This document shows, piece after piece, positions 9,129 to 19,095 of a stretch of DNA of 64,000 bases. Within the stretch, counting starts at the first letter, position 1, and each line of letters begins with the position of its first letter. The stretch is from the sequence record LC819007.1; one strand, given 5' to 3'. The position numbers were made by a program, and so were the translations under genes. A model generated the notes under the pieces. The model was not told the origin of the DNA, made no database searches, and saw only the letters and a program-made list of their open reading frames with translations.

Positions 9129-10075
9129 TGACTCGCTTCCTGATTGAGCTCCCACTGCATGATGCGGTAGTCGCCCAGATGAAAGATGGAAACGCCCGGT
9201 CCGTGCGTGGGGAACGCGTAATACATGTCGTAACCCCGCGACGGATGCAGCGAACGTTCAGCCAGATCGCGCGTTTGCGGAAAGTGCGCCGTCATGATCC
9301 GCTCCAGGTGCATCGCCAGTTCGTTCAGAATACCCTGAACCGGCTTCTTGTCCCAGAACTCCTGACGAATGCGATTCTCACCTTCGATCGCACGGGCGTC
9401 GTAGCCCGCCATACCGTATTCGCGCGGCACGTCTTTGCCCTGCAGACGATACCGGGTCTGCTCGCCACCCACATCTTCGTACATCAGACGCAGATCGCCC
9501 GACAATTCTGGCAGCTCTTGTGCCACCAGCTTGTCCAGATCCAGATACTTCTGCAGGAAATGCTGCGTCGCCGGACGGTACAGCGTCGTCCACGACTGAT
9601 CGACGTTCAGCGACCACGTGAAGAAGTCCGCCACCAGATCACACAGGGCCGGGTTCGTCATGAAGTCGTACACGCGATCATTCCACACGTGCGAGATCTG
9701 CGGGTCACTGAAGAGCGGGTAGGTCCCGCCCACGCGATGGATGTCACCCGAGGGCAGATCTTCACCTGCAAACGGATTGAACGGCAGGATCGCGCCGTCG
9801 TGCACTGCCATGTACTGCCAGTCGTCACGGAAGAGCAAAGCGCCGCTCGGCGTCTTGATCACTTCCAGTCGCGGGTTGAAGGCCAACACGTTTTCCAAAC
9901 ACGTGGCGATCGGGTCAGCGACATTCATGAGGGAGGTGTAAGCTAGATTCGATCCGAACTTGTGCAACGCGCTAGCGCGGTGACAGTAGTATGCGATATC
10001 GATGAAGCTCAAGTCTCGATTCGAAAGCAAGGTCTGCGGAACCGAGGTAGGGGAAGAGTTTGTTTGATCCGACAT
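9125..10075 (-). CDS. Conserved hypothetical protein (about 316 aa)
   Basis: ORF with phage codon usage; start at ATG 10075. Confidence 0.75.
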   Translation of the reverse strand: MSDQTNSSPTSVPQTLLSNRDLSFIDIAYYCHRASALHKFGSNLAYTSLMNVADPIATCLENVLAFNPRLEVIKTPSGALLFRDDWQYMAVHDGAILPFNPFAGEDLPSGDIHRVGGTYPLFSDPQISHVWNDRVYDFMTNPALCDLVADFFTWSLNVDQSWTTLYRPATQHFLQKYLDLDKLVAQELPELSGDLRLMYEDVGGEQTRYRLQGKDVPREYGMAGYDARAIEGENRIRQEFWDKKPVQGILNELAMHLERIMTAHFPQTRDLAERSLHPSRGYDMYYAFPTHGPGVSIFHLGDYRIMQWELNQEASQ

Positions 10076-10331
10076 CTTCTTGAAGTGTGTAGGTTTCCTC
10101 GCCCTCAATGCGGCGATAGTTCGAGCGCACAAGTGTCGCAAGCGGTTCCATCCTCGGATCATACGGAGGGTCAAGGTCCACCAGCATCACATCTTCTATC
10201 GCTCGGGCGATGATATATGTCAGCCACTGTTCAAGTGGGATCGTGCTCGTATCCACACTGAAAAGAGATAGGTCTCGACAGATCTGCTCGATGATCTCTT
10301 TTGCAGTAAAGGCTATTCGGAGCTGAGACAT
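9972..10331 (-). CDS. Hypothetical protein
   Basis: ORF immediately downstream of PhuZ; overlaps the next gene by about 100 nt. Confidence 0.6.
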   Translation of the reverse strand: MSQLRIAFTAKEIIEQICRDLSLFSVDTSTIPLEQWLTYIIARAIEDVMLVDLDPPYDPRMEPLATLVRSNYRRIEGEETYTLQEDVGSNKLFPYLGSADLAFESRLELHRYRILLSPR

Positions 10332-10454
10332 CAGGGCTCTCCCTTTAGTCGTACATACAAAAGCCACGGCGATAAAAAACAACTTGCGGCATAGCGACCC
10401 CTCCCCGGACCGCGCGAGCGGCCTGGAGAGGGGTTTAAAGCCGCCTGAGGGCTA

Positions 10455-11474
10455 TTACTCGGCGAGGAACCCACCAACGAGTTCTTCGTCACCGTCCAGC
10501 ACTTCGCTCTGGGTGGTGAAAGCCGCTGCCGTCTTTTCCATTTCGGCGAGGATACCCTTCAGTCGCGCCGAGATGCCGTTGAACGGGAATGCTTTCGTCA
10601 CCAGATGGATCGGAGCCTGTTCCGTGATTTCCGTTTCGATGCCCGACGGCAGCACGCCGTAGCAGGTGTACGGAATCACGAAGTCGATGCCGCGCGCGTC
10701 CTTGTTCACGACTGCCGACGCTGCGGTGATCGTGTCCTTGTGCTCTTCGGCATCGAGCTTGCCCGCGAACGCTTCCAGACCGGCTGCATGTGCCTTGAAC
10801 GAGGTCATGCGGTCGAAGTTCAGGAAGTTGTACATGTCGCGGGTGTCCAGGCCTTCGTTCTGGCGCGAGAACAGCACGGAGATCGCAACCACCAGTTCGT
10901 TGATCTTCTGATCGACGGTCGACGGCGGCGTTTCCTTGTTGTTTTCGAAGTACGCGACCGAGATCGACTTCTTGTTCGCAGCGACCAGACCTTCGAACGT
11001 CTTGAACGTGGCGAGCGTGTTCTTGATCTCGGTGCCCGAGTCCAGCACGCCGACGGTGATGGCGATCACCAGTTCATCTTGCGCGAGCAGTTCGTTGATC
11101 ACTGCAGCTGCCATCGGCGAACCCGTGCCGCCCGATGCCGATGCGAGAACGATGTTGATGTAGCCGGGCTTGTGCTTTTGCAGCATGTCCTTCGCGTGCT
11201 TGAGCATCGCTTGCGAAAGGTGCTTGCGTTCCTTGCCCGCGCCGTCCGGCTCTTTGCCCGCCGGATCGGTCTTCGGCAGACGGTAGATCTTCTCAGCCGG
11301 CAGACTCGGCTTCAGGTTCGAGCCCGACGAGTCCATGTAGACGACATCGATCGTTGCCATGCCCGGCTCGACGTGGGTGCGGTAGTTCTCGAAGTTCGAG
11401 CCGATATTGATACCGGCACCACCGCAGGCATACAGCTTGATGCTGCCCAGTTCGGGGGCTTTGACTTGTTCCAT
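10455..11474 (-). CDS. phuZ: PhuZ tubulin/FtsZ-family GTPase (phage spindle)
   Basis: N-terminal ACGGAGINIG, tubulin signature SASGGTGS, T7-loop-like LDTRD, acidic C-terminal tail. Confidence 0.95.
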   Translation of the reverse strand: MEQVKAPELGSIKLYACGGAGINIGSNFENYRTHVEPGMATIDVVYMDSSGSNLKPSLPAEKIYRLPKTDPAGKEPDGAGKERKHLSQAMLKHAKDMLQKHKPGYINIVLASASGGTGSPMAAAVINELLAQDELVIAITVGVLDSGTEIKNTLATFKTFEGLVAANKKSISVAYFENNKETPPSTVDQKINELVVAISVLFSRQNEGLDTRDMYNFLNFDRMTSFKAHAAGLEAFAGKLDAEEHKDTITAASAVVNKDARGIDFVIPYTCYGVLPSGIETEITEQAPIHLVTKAFPFNGISARLKGILAEMEKTAAAFTTQSEVLDGDEELVGGFLAE

Positions 11475-11560
11475 GATGCTTTCCCTTTAAAGCGTGGTTA
11501 TAAAAAAGAAAAATGCCCGACTGTTCTCGTAGCACACAAGAACATGCCGGGCTGTAAAAC

Positions 11561-12514
11561 TTAATCGACCTTCGATGCAGGTGTGTCGACTTCCATCGGC
11601 TTGTCGTCCACGGCATTCACGACCACACCCTTCGAACCATCCGTGGAGTGTAGAACCAACGGAGCCGGTTTAGCGTCGCCCAGTATAGCGGCAACTTGAC
11701 CAGCCGGAATCCCGCCCTTAACGATGGACTGGCGTGCTTCGTCCAGGATCGCGTCGAACTTGTGGTCCGGACGATACAACGGAGGCATCGTGACGAAACC
11801 AGCCGCATCGGTCATGCGCGACAGACCACTTGCTTCACGACAGTTTTTCGTCAGTTCCGCATGATGGGCCGCGACTTCTTCAGCGCTACCGGCTAGAGGA
11901 ACCGGCGGAATCTGTTCGAACTGAAGCTTCATGCCTTCTGGAATCGGTGCACTCAAAACTTCATCCAGCGTTACGGGTTCGCCGATATCCGGAAACTTCT
12001 TGTAGTTGTGCACATCACCGTAGATGTTCAACGGAAAATCCGCGCGGGTCGGGACACCGTCTTCACCTACCAACGGATTGGCTTCGATCTTGACAGCCAG
12101 ATCCGAACCGAAATGCAAATCGCTCGATACGCTAAGCGACGCAATGTGTTCGTGATGCAACGCTTCACGAAGATCGTCGTCATGAATCAGTTCATGTCCG
12201 GCAGGGATACCGCCACCGAGCAGACCCATCAGTGCCGACACACCTTCGTTCACAACTTCCGGTGCTTGCGCTGCTGTCTTCACCGTTTCAGTGAGTTCTG
12301 CGGCCGCCTCTTCGCGCATCTGTTTCGAGCGCTTGTTGACCAGCTTGAAGTGAGCGTCACGACGCGCTTGATTGCGCGCAACCTTAGCCGCTTCTTTCTG
12401 ACGGCGCTTCTGTACGCCCTTGTTCGTGAACTTCGCGTGGGTCGCGCCAGCCGCGATAGCTTCGTCGATTTGACCCTTCGTGATCTTGACATTCAGGAGT
12501 TTAGCTTGCGTCAT
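11561..12514 (-). CDS. Hypothetical protein with Lys/Arg-rich N-terminus
   Basis: 317-aa ORF; CATATTAC motif about 90 nt upstream. Confidence 0.75.
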   Translation of the reverse strand: MTQAKLLNVKITKGQIDEAIAAGATHAKFTNKGVQKRRQKEAAKVARNQARRDAHFKLVNKRSKQMREEAAAELTETVKTAAQAPEVVNEGVSALMGLLGGGIPAGHELIHDDDLREALHHEHIASLSVSSDLHFGSDLAVKIEANPLVGEDGVPTRADFPLNIYGDVHNYKKFPDIGEPVTLDEVLSAPIPEGMKLQFEQIPPVPLAGSAEEVAAHHAELTKNCREASGLSRMTDAAGFVTMPPLYRPDHKFDAILDEARQSIVKGGIPAGQVAAILGDAKPAPLVLHSTDGSKGVVVNAVDDKPMEVDTPASKVD

Positions 12515-12605
12515 GATTTATTCCTTTTCGTGGTGTTTGGGACTTGCCCGATAAAATAGACCCATTGTGTAGAAAACAACCCACACGTTGCTTAGGTTCA
12601 GATAA

Positions 12606-12613
12606 GTAATATG
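12606..12613 (-). promoter_or_regulatory. CATATTAC putative early (vRNAP) promoter
   Basis: 7/8 match to the phiKZ early consensus TATATTAC; intergenic, facing gene 11561-12514. Confidence 0.55.
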
Positions 12614-12890
12614 TGGATAACATCAGCTTCATTTGAGCGATGGTTTTCTCTGAGCGTCGCGATCTCTATGGTCACGGCAGGTTACCAAAGTGATGCCTGG
12701 ATGGCACCGATTAACTTTTGGTTTTATGAAACTCACAACACTGCACGCCTATGGCTACCGTGTGTGAGTGAACCGGTTATCTGAAAGAAGTGATTGCCGA
12801 GTGAGTTCGCTCTCCTCGGAATCGCAATCTCCTTTCCTTCTCTGACCTGTTTGCTCCTCACGAGCACTACAACGCGAAAAGAGATTGAAC

Positions 12891-13700
12891 ATGAATGCCC
12901 TTCGCAAAGCGCTGGACGAAATCAAATTCGTTATCCCGCGCTCGATCCTCGATACTGTTTTCATCAAGCGCCACACCAACTTCCGGGTGGCTTTGGCACC
13001 GACGAGTCTGGATGACCAGATCCTCTCTGCCGTGATTCGTCCACGTGTCTATATCGACACCAACCTCGTGGGCGGTGCTGAAATCCTCGTCTCTCTGGAA
13101 GGTCTGGACGGCGATGAAGTCAACACCACCGACATGGTGTACCGTATCCCGAAGAACCGTACGCAGAATCGCTCCATCATGAGCGTGCTCAACGTGACTT
13201 ACGTCGATGCACAATCGATGGCGGCCGCTGGGCAGTACGCGTCTTGCGGGGTGTCGGCTGAGCAAAGCGTAGCACAGCAGCTGCTTGACGCTGTCTCGCC
13301 CCTGCCGCTGATCTCCACCGGCCGTATCACCTTGATCGGTGAGAACGTCGTGTTGATCCGTGACTCGATCCGCATTCCTTCCAACAGCTACCTGCGTTGT
13401 ATCATTGCGCACGATGAGGCGATGAGCCACATCCAGCCGCGAAGCTACAAGGCGTTCTGCAAGCTGGTGGAATACGCGGTCAAGTCTTACATCTACAACG
13501 AGTACATCGTTGAGATGGACATGGGTGAGCTGCGTGGTGGTCACAACCTCGGTAAGTTCAAGGACATCATCGAAGGTTACTCGGACGCCGAGGAACTTTA
13601 CGAGACGTACTTGGCTGAGAAGTGGCAGAAGATCGCCTTCCAGAATGACCGCGAGTCGCATGGTCGCTGGATGAAGCTGATCATCGGTGGCCCGCGCTAA
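12891..13700 (+). CDS. Conserved phiKZ-like virion structural protein (putative)
   Basis: Strong codon bias; long TATG-containing leader; position between PhuZ and terminase as in phiKZ-like phages. Confidence 0.7.
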   Translation: MNALRKALDEIKFVIPRSILDTVFIKRHTNFRVALAPTSLDDQILSAVIRPRVYIDTNLVGGAEILVSLEGLDGDEVNTTDMVYRIPKNRTQNRSIMSVLNVTYVDAQSMAAAGQYASCGVSAEQSVAQQLLDAVSPLPLISTGRITLIGENVVLIRDSIRIPSNSYLRCIIAHDEAMSHIQPRSYKAFCKLVEYAVKSYIYNEYIVEMDMGELRGGHNLGKFKDIIEGYSDAEELYETYLAEKWQKIAFQNDRESHGRWMKLIIGGPR

Positions 13701-13718
13701 GCAAAAAAAAAGAAGCAA

Positions 13719-13762
13719 CATAGAAGCGGAGTGGGCTTGCGCCCACTCCGCTCTTTATGCCG
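13719..13762. terminator. Bidirectional hairpin with TATG tails
   Basis: AGCGGAGTGGGC-TT-GC-GCCCACTCCGCT between convergent genes. Confidence 0.8.
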
Positions 13763-13981
13763 TATTACCACTGGTCTCGATAAACCCGACCGATATAACG
13801 ATGAAACACGGATCGCGCATGAGCCGGCCAGTTGTTCCGGTAACCCCACCAACTATCGGTATAAAGCGCGAGGAGAAGGCGCTCGTGTTCGACAGAATCA
13901 ATCCGGGAGTGATGTTCTTCTCCGTACTCATCAATGATGGTCACCATAGACGGCTCAAACACGATATGCATATCGTACTCC

Positions 13982-14554
13982 TTAGAGCTCTTCGACGGTT
14001 TCGTCTGCCATCAACCACGGCGGCAGCTTACCCAGGACGGCATGTTCTTCGAACTTGAACATGATGTACCCTTCCTGACTGGCGACCACGATCGTCACCG
14101 CACGATCCTTGCCGTAATACTTGCGCAAGTGCTGCACGTTAATAAACGCCTGATGCGGACCGCCTTCTGCACCACCCGACACACGTGCATCGGGAGTAGC
14201 CATCACCAGAGCTTTCTCGGTGCGGAGCGACCGATACTGCGTAAGCAGTTCCAGCAGGTTCTTGGTGCCCGCGCAGTAGATCTGGTTCTCGTCGTGCGTA
14301 CGGAACTGCGCGTGACCCAGACTGATGGCCGATTCATTGATCTCGTCGAGCGTGCTCTGCTTGACGAAAGACATGATCTGGCCATGCACGGCGTAGAACA
14401 CTCGGGCACTGAGGATGTCCGAGTGGGTTTCAGTCATGCGGTGAAAGGGCTTCAGCCGCTTGGTTAGATCGGTAACGATCTCGTTGGCCTGGTCATCCAG
14501 TTGGGAAGTGATGGGGTCAAGCGCCTGGGCTAGACGCTTCTGAATCGGTGTCAT
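13982..14554 (-). CDS. Hypothetical protein (190 aa)
   Basis: ORF overlapping the upstream stop by 4 nt. Confidence 0.7.
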   Translation of the reverse strand: MTPIQKRLAQALDPITSQLDDQANEIVTDLTKRLKPFHRMTETHSDILSARVFYAVHGQIMSFVKQSTLDEINESAISLGHAQFRTHDENQIYCAGTKNLLELLTQYRSLRTEKALVMATPDARVSGGAEGGPHQAFINVQHLRKYYGKDRAVTIVVASQEGYIMFKFEEHAVLGKLPPWLMADETVEEL

Positions 14555-15096
14555 GGTTTGTCTGTCTTAATCGAGAAGTAGCTTGTGACAACACAGTGAG
14601 GATCGCCCACTGGTCCAAACTCGTGTACGACAGCCAGCGAATGCGTGGTGGTCCCCTCGCAGGTGCATGGGCTGTAGTAGTACGAAATCTTGTCTGCCTT
14701 GATTCCACCTAAGGTGGAGAGAAGATCGAGCACAGTGTGCTCGCCGCCTTCGTCAAACGAGGCGTCCCGGACAGCCGGGAGAATCTCCTTCAAGGTAGTC
14801 TCCTTGTCACGCGTGCAGTGTGCGTGAACAAAGCGAAGACAAGGCCTTTCGTCCTTCGGGCTTTTGGAGTACGCGACCAGTCGCACATCACACGTGGACT
14901 GACGCTTACCCTTACCCATGTACACCTTCTTCGACTTGTACCGCACGATCGGAAGCATGAATGGTTCAGAAGGATCATTCAACACTTCCGGGGGTGGCTG
15001 CTCGTATGACTTGAAAACCTCCTTGAGAGAGACTGCGATGGCGGTGAAGCCTTTGTTGGCCTCCTTGGGAAAATCCTTGCTGATGGAAACTTTCAT
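14551..15096 (-). CDS. Hypothetical protein
   Basis: ORF; start at ATG 15096. Confidence 0.65.
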   Translation of the reverse strand: MKVSISKDFPKEANKGFTAIAVSLKEVFKSYEQPPPEVLNDPSEPFMLPIVRYKSKKVYMGKGKRQSTCDVRLVAYSKSPKDERPCLRFVHAHCTRDKETTLKEILPAVRDASFDEGGEHTVLDLLSTLGGIKADKISYYYSPCTCEGTTTHSLAVVHEFGPVGDPHCVVTSYFSIKTDKP

Positions 15097-15164
15097 GACA
15101 AAAATAAAAGAGGCAGGCCACAGCCAGCACACTCCCGAAGGAGTGGCTGGCATATGTTCAATTG

Positions 15165-15707
15165 TTATTTGAACAAGGAATTGATACCAGTCTTAGGTTT
15201 GACCAGGTCAACATCGTCAATCGTGATTTCCCAGCACAGCTGGTCTTCCACGTCAACGTCCTTGAGCTTCACATAGATGCCGAACACGTTCGTACCGCTG
15301 TTGTGGTTGCGGTAGATACCCGCGAACGTTTCAAGCGACTCCATGTGCTTGACGATAAAGTCGAGGATGGGCTTCATGAAGTCCTTGGTGAGGACTACCA
15401 CGTCGCCATGCGCCCAAGCCTTACCGCCGACAAAGCTTTGCTTCAGCATCGAAGCGAGTTGTGTCGCACGAACTTCACGCAGGGGTTCCTTGTTACGCAA
15501 GGTCTTGCCCTGCACCATTTCCGAGAGAGGAATGAAGTCCAGGTTGTAATTCAGATAGCCGTTGCGCGAGAAGAGCGCTTGGCGCTTGCTGTCCGCAAAG
15601 CCTTGTTCAAAACGGAAGTGTTCGCCGAACAGGTTCGCAGCTGCATACGCTGCGTGGTTAGCTTCCTTCGTAACGGCTTTGATTGCGGAGCGGGAAATTG
15701 TCTTCAT
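15165..15707 (-). CDS. Hypothetical protein
   Basis: ORF; start at ATG 15707. Confidence 0.7.
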   Translation of the reverse strand: MKTISRSAIKAVTKEANHAAYAAANLFGEHFRFEQGFADSKRQALFSRNGYLNYNLDFIPLSEMVQGKTLRNKEPLREVRATQLASMLKQSFVGGKAWAHGDVVVLTKDFMKPILDFIVKHMESLETFAGIYRNHNSGTNVFGIYVKLKDVDVEDQLCWEITIDDVDLVKPKTGINSLFK

Positions 15708-15956
15708 CTCGTTGCTTAATTTAGAGTTAGTGTACAGTGAGTCTACGCGTAGCATAGCTCAGATCGGTCATATGTGGTTGAAACTTTTTTCACTTCACAA
15801 CGACAAGGTACGGCCTACTGACTCTCAGATCAATCTGCAACAAAATAAAAAAAGCCTTAGCGGCACAAAAAAAAAATACTCCGACACTGGCGTCTTTCGA
15901 CGCCGAGTGTCGAGAGCTAAGGTACTACCTACAGCGAACGGGGGGGGGAGTACGTG

Positions 15957-16466
15957 CTATTCTTCAGTAAAGGTCAAGATGCAATTGAGCTTCACCGAGT
16001 TGAACTCGTCCATCACCGTGATGGCGCGCGTACCGTCGATGCCCACGTAATGGTAGTAACGTGTGTACGGCGGCAGGGTCGCTGCAAAGTTCGCAATCGC
16101 TCGGAGACGCCACGAGATCAACGGGCTTCCTTCGCTATTGGCCAACTGTTGCAGTTGCAGGATCGTAATCTCGCAGGCAGGATTCGAATCAGCTGCAAAC
16201 CACGGGTAGTCCAGGCAACCCACCGAAACGTCCAGCACCGATTGGCCTCGGTAGATGAACTTTTCATGGATGCCTTCTCCGTTGTAGGAGTCGACTGCGT
16301 TATTGAAAACGCGATAGAAGATCTCGGGGCTGTTCGCGTCGATCAGACCCAAGGCCATGTCACGATAGCGCGTGTACATGGAGAACGAGGTTTCCGGATT
16401 CACGCGCTGCGAGAATTGCGCGTTAGGGAACGGATTGAAAGCATTTGGAACTGTAGCGGTCAACAT
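15957..16466 (-). CDS. Hypothetical protein
   Basis: ORF with GAGGA RBS upstream of ATG 16466. Confidence 0.7.
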   Translation of the reverse strand: MLTATVPNAFNPFPNAQFSQRVNPETSFSMYTRYRDMALGLIDANSPEIFYRVFNNAVDSYNGEGIHEKFIYRGQSVLDVSVGCLDYPWFAADSNPACEITILQLQQLANSEGSPLISWRLRAIANFAATLPPYTRYYHYVGIDGTRAITVMDEFNSVKLNCILTFTEE

Positions 16467-17137
16467 GGTATTCCTCACCTGTGGTCGGTATGGTCAAGCG
16501 GTTTAAGGCTTTAGCCTCTTATTCCTGCTGCGCTATGGCCACGCACGCAGCTTCGCGGTCCTGACATACTTGCACTTCAAAGAACCCCAATTTCCCGTAC
16601 TCTACAATGAACCTGTGTGTTTAGGCACACGGCACTACGTCCTGGGTGGGCTAGCTGCTCCCGTAAGGTCTCGTACCAGGGTATCGTGCATTCACTGTCT
16701 TTCACCACTTTTATTGTCCAGCTTTATTGCTGACCTATGGTGTTACAAGAGCGGTACACTGTGCGAAGCTTAATTCTTCGCATTTGGGAGAATCGAAGGA
16801 TGGTTTCAATAGAGCGGTCTTATTGGTAAAATGTAATCATCGTAGCTCATCCTCAACTAGGTGAATCTACTGCGCTTTAGGGTTGGTTAGGGTTAAGGGA
16901 AGGTTCGTACTGTTTCGTGAAGGGCCCCAGGTGAAAGGTTAGACGGAAATTTTGCGCATAAAGCGAGGAAAAAGAGTGGTATCCATGAAGACACGCTACA
17001 AGGAAGAGCGGAGTTAATGGATACCACGAAGCCTGTTTGTCTTACTCAACATCGCAAAGCCAGCACCTCGCTTCATGCTCTGCAATGGATACATGGATGT
17101 AGTAAAAAAACTCTATTCGCCATGTCTACCGAGTATT

Positions 17138-17755
17138 TCAAACGATCACCCAGTCCAGACGGGTGTAATACGAGAGCACGCTCGGCGTAATCAACGCGAG
17201 CGAAATCACGATCCCACTCGGACCGTGAGAGCATGCAAAGGTATGCACGCGCACTGTGTTCTTGACGGCCTTCAGGAAAGCGATGATTTCAAGCAACACG
17301 GGCAGTGCATCCTGGCCAGACTTGAGTTTGGCACCTGCCCACTTGTGATTTTCGTTTTCCAGAGAGTCTTCCAGATATGCCACAACGTTTGCAACAGGCT
17401 GCGTGGTGTTGCTCGCTTCGTCCTGGAAACATTGCTGGAAGATCTTGCGCTCGTCAGCCGTGGTCGGCTGAACCGCGAAGTTAAAGCCCTGATCATCGTC
17501 GATGTCGCGCAGGCTTTCCTGAATGACGTAACGGTTGTTGGCTTTGCGCGTGTAGTGCGTCAGGTGGTATTCAAACACCCCTGGATCACACAACCGCGTA
17601 ATCTTGGCGCAAGCACGATGCAATTGCTTCGTAAGCTCCGCCATTGCCTTGGGATAAAAGCGTCGACCATAGCGTTCTACAAACGCTACATCCGAGTCTT
17701 CCATGACGCCACCGTATGGTTTAAACCACAGGTGCAAGGTATCATTCTCAGTCAT
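17138..17755 (-). CDS. Hypothetical protein
   Basis: ORF; start at ATG 17755. Confidence 0.65.
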   Translation of the reverse strand: MTENDTLHLWFKPYGGVMEDSDVAFVERYGRRFYPKAMAELTKQLHRACAKITRLCDPGVFEYHLTHYTRKANNRYVIQESLRDIDDDQGFNFAVQPTTADERKIFQQCFQDEASNTTQPVANVVAYLEDSLENENHKWAGAKLKSGQDALPVLLEIIAFLKAVKNTVRVHTFACSHGPSGIVISLALITPSVLSYYTRLDWVIV

Positions 17756-18351
17756 GATGTGTTGTTTCCAAAAAGTCGATTTCAATCTGGCACAAGCTGC
17801 CTCTCGCTTGCGGCTGATATTGTTTTCATAGTACCGAACGACCCTTATACTTGTTACCGTCGAAGTCCGTGCTAATGGACAGAAAAGACTCCTGCCTCAT
17901 AGAAGAACCGTAAAACACGTCGTAACGGCATAAAGGGGAGGTCTAGCCTCCCCAGAGTGTAGGTTAGATCAGCTAGAGTAGTTTTATACCCTATCTATTG
18001 ATCTTGTGTATGCTAAAACGCTACTTGTAAGCTTGGTGGGCCTTCGGCCCCACCTGCGCCTATGCTGGTATGTTGGATCACCTTCGATGATGAGACTATC
18101 ATCATGCTCACAGTCTGACGCACGTTGGCGTCAGCCTGGAATAGATAGTCATCTAACACTAAGTTATTTCTTCAACCCTAGCGCAGCTCACTTCTATCCC
18201 CTCAATCAGTGTATTCACTCCTGACCACACTGATCAAAACATAGGGGTAAGACTGTAAAAAAGTTAAAAGCCTTGAGTGAATCGTATGTCTGAGTCTTTT
18301 CCTTATGAGAGCGAGAAGCTCAATCGTACAACCAACTTGTGGTGAGTCATC

Positions 18352-18969
18352 ATGAAGAGTTTCATGTCTGCAGCTTTGCAGAACACCGAACCGACCCAGA
18401 GCGTGAAGAACGCTCCTGCTGCTGAATGCAGCGACTGTGGTAACACCAAAGCCACTGCCACCGCAGGGGGTCTGGAGTCGACCGAACAACAACCGGCTCA
18501 GCCGGATCAACAACAGCAGCAACAGAGTCAGGAGAATGCCGTCGTGGTCATGCAAGGTCCCCTGGGCACCGCTATCACGGAAGCCCTGAACAAGTCCCTC
18601 TCGAAGAAGAACATCGCGCAACCGGTACAAGTGCCGGGCGTCGGTACGGAGTCGCTCACGACCGAGTACGTGCAGGCCAATGGCCAGATCAACAACCCGA
18701 CGCAGCTCTTCTCGAAGATCAGCAAGGCAGTCGGCCTCGTGCCCGCTGTGGACAGCAAACCCACCGCGATCAACACGATGCTCGATGCAGCTAGCAAGGT
18801 CGACGACATCGACTTCATCATGGTCGAGCGCGTCGACGACGCCAGCCCCTCGTCTGCAGTCGTGCCGCAAAAGAGCGAAATGCAGATCATGTACCCGGGC
18901 AACGACGCATGCGAAGGCATTGCGATCGAGTCGGTGCAAATGGTCATCACGTATCGCCGCAAGGGATAA
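18352..18969 (+). CDS. Putative head protein with several S/A/G-x-E protease sites
   Basis: GLES, GTES, AIES motifs; Gln-rich linker; strong codon bias. Confidence 0.6.
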   Translation: MKSFMSAALQNTEPTQSVKNAPAAECSDCGNTKATATAGGLESTEQQPAQPDQQQQQQSQENAVVVMQGPLGTAITEALNKSLSKKNIAQPVQVPGVGTESLTTEYVQANGQINNPTQLFSKISKAVGLVPAVDSKPTAINTMLDAASKVDDIDFIMVERVDDASPSSAVVPQKSEMQIMYPGNDACEGIAIESVQMVITYRRKG

Positions 18970-19095
18970 CCTTGTAAGGCGTTTAGAGGCCCGCTACGCG
19001 CTTTCATCTAGATGGGGCAGCAATGTCCCGTCTATATGTCCGTGAAGCTGTTACAGGGCTTCTGAAGCCTTCCTACCTTACAAGGAAACTGATCC

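Noticed and set aside
15850-15945. Outer CCTTAGC/GCTAAGG stem enclosing a terminator (attenuator-like)
   Set aside because: Only 7 bp; adequately explained as a simple intrinsic terminator
16740-16760. GTTACAAG reminiscent of a twister ribozyme core
   Set aside because: No matching UAA cleavage segment or pseudoknot partners found
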